From Candidatus Micrarchaeia archaeon (GTDB lineage: Archaea; Micrarchaeota; Micrarchaeia; CABMEP01): a stretch of 64,000 nt of DNA. A model generated the notes under the pieces. The model saw only the letters and a list, made by a program, of their open reading frames with translations. It was not told the origin of the DNA and made no database searches. Below are positions 58,553 through 64,000 of the stretch, one piece after another (the stretch's first letter is position 1; every line of letters begins with the position of its first letter). The translations under genes and the position numbers were made by a program. The stretch is from positions 19,562 through 83,561 of the forward strand of contig JAVZPM010000001.1 in the NCBI GenBank assembly GCA_038881595.1, written 5' to 3'.

Positions 58553-59484
58553 CTAAAAACCTCTGTTTCATTAAATTCCGTATCTCTAGCATTTTTAGCT
58601 TCAATTAGATCTTTTTCAAGCTGCTCCTTTATTTCTTTCTTTAAATCTTCAATTTTTTCTTTTGTTATTAATTTTTTCTTAAGAAGATATCTCTCATATT
58701 TGATTATTGGATCATGCAGTTTTGCTTTTCTTATATATTCTTTTGTGAAATATGATTTATCGACATCATTTATTGAATGACCACATTGTCTATATGTCAA
58801 AAATTCTATAAATACAGGTTTTCCTTTTCTAACTTTATCTATTGCTATCTTGCTACTTTTCATTACTATATTTATATCTGTTCCATCTACTCTAAAAGAT
58901 TCTATACCATATGCTTGTTTTACCTTCTTTGCAAGATCTATTACAGCAGAATGTTCTTTTATAGATGTAGATTGAGCCCAATAGTTGTTTTCACAAACAA
59001 AAAGTATGGGTAAATCCCAAAGAGATGCCATATTAAGGGTTTCATGAAATATTCCTTGTGTTGTAGCACCATCTCCAAGAAATGTAACAACAATAGAATT
59101 AGTCTTTTGCATCTTTAAACCTAATGCTATACCACTAGAAATGGCTACATTAGCGCTTACTATTCCATTAGCTCCCCAAAAACCGTCTTTCTTTGATGAA
59201 AGATGCATTGCTCCAGCATATCCTTTATTATATCCTATTGTTTTTCCAAGTAGTTCAGCAAAAATTTTTTTTGGTTCTAAACCACAACTAAGTGCAATAT
59301 GATATACTCTATGTCCACAAGTAACTATATCTCCTTTCATTAAATTTGAACAAACTCCTAGCGGAATAGCTTCCTGACCTGTGCTGAAATGATCTGTTCC
59401 TTTAACTATTCCATCTTTATGCAATTCCGCCACTTTTTCTTCAAAGTATCTGATAATGTAAAATTTTTTAAGAATTTTATCCAT
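58549..59484 (-). CDS. 2-oxoacid dehydrogenase E1 alpha subunit (TPP-binding)
   Basis: TPP motif GDGATTQGIFHETLNMASLWDLPILFVCENNYW. There is a 4-nt overlap with the beta subunit. Confidence 0.85.
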   Translation of the reverse strand: MDKILKKFYIIRYFEEKVAELHKDGIVKGTDHFSTGQEAIPLGVCSNLMKGDIVTCGHRVYHIALSCGLEPKKIFAELLGKTIGYNKGYAGAMHLSSKKDGFWGANGIVSANVAISSGIALGLKMQKTNSIVVTFLGDGATTQGIFHETLNMASLWDLPILFVCENNYWAQSTSIKEHSAVIDLAKKVKQAYGIESFRVDGTDINIVMKSSKIAIDKVRKGKPVFIEFLTYRQCGHSINDVDKSYFTKEYIRKAKLHDPIIKYERYLLKKKLITKEKIEDLKKEIKEQLEKDLIEAKNARDTEFNETEVFR

Positions 59485-60118
59485 ATTTTTCTCTCCAATA
59501 TTTTAATATTGTATATCTATCAATCATTGGTAATTTTTTTAAGTCAGAAAATTTATTTAGGTCTTTCTTAGTAATCATTTTTCCATTTTTTGGATTTCTA
59601 AGAGAGCACATTACTATTGCTATTTCATAAGGTTTAAGACCGCTTAATCTAGCAAGTGCTACGTTTAATTCTGTATGGCCCTGTCTTGAATTTAAAAGAT
59701 CCTTTGCAGCAATAAAAAATTTAAGATGTCCTGGAATATAAATATTTTTGATAAATTTTTCATATTTTTTACTCTTAGCAGCAGTAGCTAACTCTTTGAT
59801 TAATAATAATTTATCTCTATCTGATGAACCTGTTTTAGCTTTAATATGATCAATAAGTAAAGACAAACTACTTTTCTTTATCTTTGGAATTTTCTTTTTA
59901 CGAGAGATAATTAATTGATGTAAAAATGGAATTTTTATTTTTGAGGCAAGTTCATAGGATATAGCTACTCCGACATCTCCAGAGGCATATTTCTTCATAA
60001 GACGCATCTTATTCATATTCATTTTACTTGCTAGAATCATCATAGAAAATTCATCTTCTTCATGCTCATATACAAGAATAGGTCTGCCTCTCTTTATCTC
60101 ATTAAAAATCAATTCCAA
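59477..60118 (-). CDS. ribB: 3,4-dihydroxy-2-butanone-4-phosphate synthase
   Basis: PGHLKFFIAAKDLLNSRQGHTELNVALARLSGLKPYEIAIVMCSL matches the RibB core (PGH ... GHTE ... CE). Confidence 0.75.
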   Translation of the reverse strand: MELIFNEIKRGRPILVYEHEEDEFSMMILASKMNMNKMRLMKKYASGDVGVAISYELASKIKIPFLHQLIISRKKKIPKIKKSSLSLLIDHIKAKTGSSDRDKLLLIKELATAAKSKKYEKFIKNIYIPGHLKFFIAAKDLLNSRQGHTELNVALARLSGLKPYEIAIVMCSLRNPKNGKMITKKDLNKFSDLKKLPMIDRYTILKYWREKYG

Positions 60119-60285
60119 GTTTATCCCCTAATTTAAATTTAATAATGTGATATAATATTTTAAAGCATTACTAAATGCAGATGTATGAATTCATTTACTT
60201 ATTCTAAAATCAAAAAAATAACAAAAATTGCAGTGAAAATCAGATAGATTAAAATATGTTTGTAAAAAATAATGAATGAATAGTT

Positions 60286-61668
60286 ATGAAGAAAGTAATA
60301 GTTGTTGGTGCTGGTCCAGCTGGTATGTTTGCTTCGTATCTTCTTGGGAATGCAGGTTTAGATGTAACTCTCATTGAGATGGGGGAGGACATAAAAGAAA
60401 GATCCGAAAAGATCAAGGATGGAGGATCTACTGCAGCACCACATTATATTCAAGGAATGGGTGGAAGCGGAACATTTTCTGATGGAAAAATAAACCTAGA
60501 CCCTGAGATAGGAGGAAACATGCTTGAATTCACAAGCAGAAGTGATGCTGAAAAATTGATTGCTTATGTAGATAATGTTTTGGTTAAAAATGGAGTGGAA
60601 ACAAAGGCAGAAATAAACCATAAAGCAGAAGAATTAAGAATAAAAGCAATGCAGGCAGGCATAAAATACATCCCTATAAAACAGAAGCATGTTGGCTCAG
60701 ATCATCTTCCATCTGTTGTCCAAAATATAAAGAGAGAAATGGAAAAGAACGGAGTGGAAATAAAAATAAAAACAAAGGCAAAAGACCTGATAATAGAAGA
60801 TAATAAAATAAAAGGATTGATAGTTGAAAACAGTAAAGAACATGAGATTAATGCTGATTATGTAATACTTGCACCTGGAAGAGCTGGATCAAGATGGCTT
60901 CTCGATTTAGCAAATAAGTACAGAATAAAATATGAATATGGTCCTTTAGATATTGGGGTAAGAGTTGAGGTAAATAATGAAGTTATGGAGGAAGTTACTT
61001 CCATAAATTGGGATCCTAAGTTTCATATAACCACTAAAAAATATGATGATTTTGTGAGAACTTTTTGCACCAATCCTAAAGGCTTTGTTATAACTGAAAA
61101 CTATGGCGATTTCGTATCTGTTAATGGCCACAGCATGAAGGATAAAAAATCAAACAATACTAATTTTGCATTCCTAGTCAGAGTGAAATTAACAGAACCG
61201 GTTGAAAACACAACACTATATGGGGAGAGCATTGCAAGACTTGCAACTACAATCGGTGGTGGAAAACCAATACTTCAAAGACTTGGTGATCTTAAGAAAG
61301 GAAGAAGGAGCACCTGGGATAGAATTGAAAAGAGTTATGTTGAGCCTACAAACAAAGAGGTAACTCCAGGGGATATAAGCATGGCAATGCCTGAAAGAAT
61401 TGTGAATGACATAGTTGAGGGATTAGATATGCTGTCTGGAGTTATACCTGGAGTAAATCAAGAACATACATTATTGTATGCGCCAGAGATTAAGTTCAAG
61501 TCTGTAAGATTAGAGATAAACAAAAATATGGAATGTAAACAGATAAAAAATCTCTTTACTGTAGGAGATGGCGCTGGAGTAAGTGGAGGGATAGTAACAG
61601 CTGCTGTTACTGGATTGATTGCAGCAAGAGAAATAATTAGAAGAGAAAATCTAAAATGTGAAATCTGA
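60286..61668 (+). CDS. FAD-dependent oxidoreductase (COG2509-like)
   Basis: N-terminal dinucleotide fold VIVVGAGPAGMFAS and C-terminal GDGAG. Confidence 0.7.
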   Translation: MKKVIVVGAGPAGMFASYLLGNAGLDVTLIEMGEDIKERSEKIKDGGSTAAPHYIQGMGGSGTFSDGKINLDPEIGGNMLEFTSRSDAEKLIAYVDNVLVKNGVETKAEINHKAEELRIKAMQAGIKYIPIKQKHVGSDHLPSVVQNIKREMEKNGVEIKIKTKAKDLIIEDNKIKGLIVENSKEHEINADYVILAPGRAGSRWLLDLANKYRIKYEYGPLDIGVRVEVNNEVMEEVTSINWDPKFHITTKKYDDFVRTFCTNPKGFVITENYGDFVSVNGHSMKDKKSNNTNFAFLVRVKLTEPVENTTLYGESIARLATTIGGGKPILQRLGDLKKGRRSTWDRIEKSYVEPTNKEVTPGDISMAMPERIVNDIVEGLDMLSGVIPGVNQEHTLLYAPEIKFKSVRLEINKNMECKQIKNLFTVGDGAGVSGGIVTAAVTGLIAAREIIRRENLKCEI

Positions 61669-61713
61669 TTAATATATTTGTTTAGGTCATTTTATTTAAA
61701 GAAAAAGTTAAAG

Positions 61714-61786
61714 TGGCCCCGCGGAGAATCGAACTCCGAATCTCCACCGTGTCAGAGTGGCGTCTTAACCATTCGACTACAGGGCC
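61714..61786 (-). tRNA. tRNA-Val (anticodon GAC)
   Basis: The reverse strand is identical to the tRNA at 39025-39097 except C34G (anticodon) and A39G. All stems pair. Confidence 0.9.
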
Positions 61787-61894
61787 AAATAATGTAATAT
61801 TATATGTCGAAAAGATATTTAATTTTAATGTAATCCTAGAATAAAAATATTTATGTGAACTTATTTTAGTTGTAAGATAAATACGATAATGCTT

Positions 61895-63292
61895 TTAGAA
61901 TATATGCTCATCTGGTGCTTTAGAGACACCATAATCTGATGCACTGGTTCTCCATACAGAACCATACTTCTTTTGCATCTGCTGTTCGATTGGCTTTGCT
62001 TTCTCTATTGCTAATGCAACATGCTTCTCTTCTATTAGTTCAGCTCCATCAATTACTGCAAAATCACCTGCAAGCTTGACTATGCCTGAGAGATCTCTTA
62101 ATCTTAATGTCAATCCTTCCTTGTTGTCGTAAAGTTTTGCTTTTCTTCTTGCCTCGTTTATTATTGCTTCGATTGCTTTTGCATTTGCATGAGGAATCCT
62201 TCCATCTGCAATTATTTCTTGAGCTATGAACTGCATAAGTTTCTTTACATTTTTCTCATTGTCTTCCATTACCGTATTCATTAAAACCTCAAACCCATTT
62301 CCAAGAATTCTTGAACGCAATGGCGGAAGCAATGTGCCTACATCAGCAAAATTGAGCGCACCAACAAGAATAAAATCACATGGAACATTGTCCACTCTGA
62401 CAGATGCTCCAGAACTCGTTGGATTCCTACCTGTTATTGGAAACTTCTTTTCCTGCATTGCAGTAAGAAGGTGCCTCTGAAGAGGTCCTAGATTTGAAAG
62501 CTCATCTATGAAAAGAACGCCTTCATGAGCCTCATGCACTGCTCCTGGAACCACTCTTTTGAATGGCTTTGTACCTATCTCACTATGTCCTCCATATGGA
62601 TCATGTCTAACATCTCCAAGAAGCTCTGTTTCAGAAGCTCCTGTTGCCTGGACAAAAAGAGATCTTTCTAAAGGCACAATTACATTTCTTTGTATAGTGG
62701 CATGCTCTCTTGCTGCCAATGCCTCCTCATCATAAAGATATATATTTCCTTTTTTGTACTCATACATTACTTTTTGCTCTACTCCATTTATATATTCGGA
62801 AAAATAAACTTTATCTTCTCTAGAAGAACCACCGAAAACGATATCATCAAAAGGAGAGGTATGAGTCTTATATTTATCTGCTCCACAGTTTGGACATGAG
62901 GATATCTCGGGTTTGCTTAAAAAACCACATCTTTTGCATCTAAGACCTAGTCGTTCAGCAACTACAATTGGAACATCAACTGGCTTTACTATTTTTGGTT
63001 TTGGAATTTTCTTTTCATTCTCTATATCAAGTCTGGAACGAACTTCTAGAATGGGTCTTTCTGGATGTTCTGGATTGTCAAGTACAGAAATTTCATAATT
63101 CGGCTTTGGAAGAAGGGATGCCATTGCCTGTGCAATCATGCTTTTACCAGTACCTGGAGCTCCTACTAAAAGAATATGTCTTTTCTGAGATGCAGCAATC
63201 TTTACATATTTTATTGCTTCATCCTGACCTATAACCTTATCTATTGGATTTGTAGGTACTTTTATTTCTCTGCTTGTTTCAGGATAATCCAA
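61895..63292 (-). CDS. AAA+ ATPase, LonB-like ATPase module with Zn-ribbon insertion, no protease domain
   Basis: IGQDEAIKYVKIAASQKRHILLVGAPGTGKSM (Walker A), LFIDELS (Walker B), CKRCG ... CPNCG insert. There is no Ser-Lys protease domain at the C-terminus. Confidence 0.6.
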   Translation of the reverse strand: MDYPETSREIKVPTNPIDKVIGQDEAIKYVKIAASQKRHILLVGAPGTGKSMIAQAMASLLPKPNYEISVLDNPEHPERPILEVRSRLDIENEKKIPKPKIVKPVDVPIVVAERLGLRCKRCGFLSKPEISSCPNCGADKYKTHTSPFDDIVFGGSSREDKVYFSEYINGVEQKVMYEYKKGNIYLYDEEALAAREHATIQRNVIVPLERSLFVQATGASETELLGDVRHDPYGGHSEIGTKPFKRVVPGAVHEAHEGVLFIDELSNLGPLQRHLLTAMQEKKFPITGRNPTSSGASVRVDNVPCDFILVGALNFADVGTLLPPLRSRILGNGFEVLMNTVMEDNEKNVKKLMQFIAQEIIADGRIPHANAKAIEAIINEARRKAKLYDNKEGLTLRLRDLSGIVKLAGDFAVIDGAELIEEKHVALAIEKAKPIEQQMQKKYGSVWRTSASDYGVSKAPDEHIF

Positions 63293-63405
63293 TCTCCCAC
63301 CATTTGAATTAAAATCAGTCTACTATAAATGAGATTAACTTAACAATGTTTATATTTTAATAACAAGATTTAAATGTGTATCATTAAATCAGTGGTCTTT
63401 GTTAA

Positions 63406-63960
63406 TTATTTAGGAGATTCATTATATGATTTTGCTTTTTCTAATTCATTCCTTATCTCCTTCTTCTGTTCCTTATTTCCAAACCAATACTTGAACTGAA
63501 GTTTAGCTATATTCCAATAATATCCTGGTTGAGTACTTATCCATTCCTTTATCTTTTCCATCTTTGATTTCTTCCTGTTTTCCCAAAAATCAATGTCTTC
63601 GTTTTCTTTAATCTCTAAAAATACAACTGGATTTATTTCTATTTCCTCTTCGCAATTAGGCATTTTTCTTTTTATCAAGGCATGAATAAATTCTTCTGAA
63701 TTAAATTTCCTGCCAAGGGCCTGGAAATACTTGAATGTTTCAACTTTAAGAACTAATGAATTGTAACCATATGAATAGTCGCTTATTAAATTTGAATCTA
63801 TATTTGGTTGATAATGGTCGTCTTGATTTGCAAATGTTAGCAAACCTATTTTCTTTCCATGTTCCCCTGCAAAATAATTAACAACCATATGTGAAAGAGG
63901 GTGTTTGTTTTGTCCTTCTAACCTAGGTATAAATTTACTTATTGTTGGATTTCTTGCCAT
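63406..63960 (-). CDS. Hypothetical protein
   Basis: 184-aa ORF with no recognised motifs. Confidence 0.35.
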   Translation of the reverse strand: MARNPTISKFIPRLEGQNKHPLSHMVVNYFAGEHGKKIGLLTFANQDDHYQPNIDSNLISDYSYGYNSLVLKVETFKYFQALGRKFNSEEFIHALIKRKMPNCEEEIEINPVVFLEIKENEDIDFWENRKKSKMEKIKEWISTQPGYYWNIAKLQFKYWFGNKEQKKEIRNELEKAKSYNESPK

Positions 63961-64000
63961 TCCTGATTTTACTTCGTGAAAATTGAATTGTTCTATACCA

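Noticed and set aside
1-64000. Possibility that the contig is bacterial (CPR) rather than archaeal, raised by the bacterial-type AlaRS and the SD site
   Set aside because: S8e, RFC small subunit, aIF5B, class I CCA enzyme, Cgi121, GGGP synthase, FlaI-type ATPase and BHB-type tRNA introns are archaeal hallmarks. The bacterial-looking AlaRS is better explained by transfer.

Overview
The window is AT-rich, densely coded archaeal DNA, probably from a small-genome DPANN-like lineage. The archaeal assignment rests on ribosomal protein S8e, RFC small subunit, aIF5B, a class I CCA-adding enzyme, GGGP synthase and a FlaI-type ATPase. Main blocks, in order:

- 1-10.2 kb: a type IV filament (archaellum/Tad-like) locus. 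It holds a class III signal-peptide pilin, a FlaH/KaiC-like ATPase with a long Lys-rich N-terminus, a FlaI/TadA ATPase, and two separate TadB/TadC-like platform genes.
- 10-25 kb: housekeeping genes (scpAB, gatCAB, cca, rfcS, ileS, uvdE).
- 27.5-37.1 kb: a complete type I-B CRISPR-Cas system, cas6-cas8b-cas7-cas5-cas3-cas4-cas1-cas2, followed by a 19-repeat array with 30-nt repeats and 36-40-nt spacers. Beyond the array's distal end lies an unusually long non-coding stretch containing one small SD-led ORF.
- 37-40 kb: a bacterial-type AlaRS lacking the C-Ala domain and a tRNA cluster (Val-CAC, Glu-CTC, intron-containing Leu-CAA).
- 44.6-45.3 kb: a LAGLIDADG homing endonuclease gene abutting an intron-containing tRNA-Trp.
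- 55-60 kb: three tandem deoxynucleoside-kinase-like paralogs and a ribB-E1alpha-E1beta cluster, with E1beta broken at an A/T homopolymer.
- 61.7 kb: a second, inverted, near-identical tRNA-Val (GAC).

No rRNA was seen. All calls are from reading the translations and sequence by eye; no database searches were possible.
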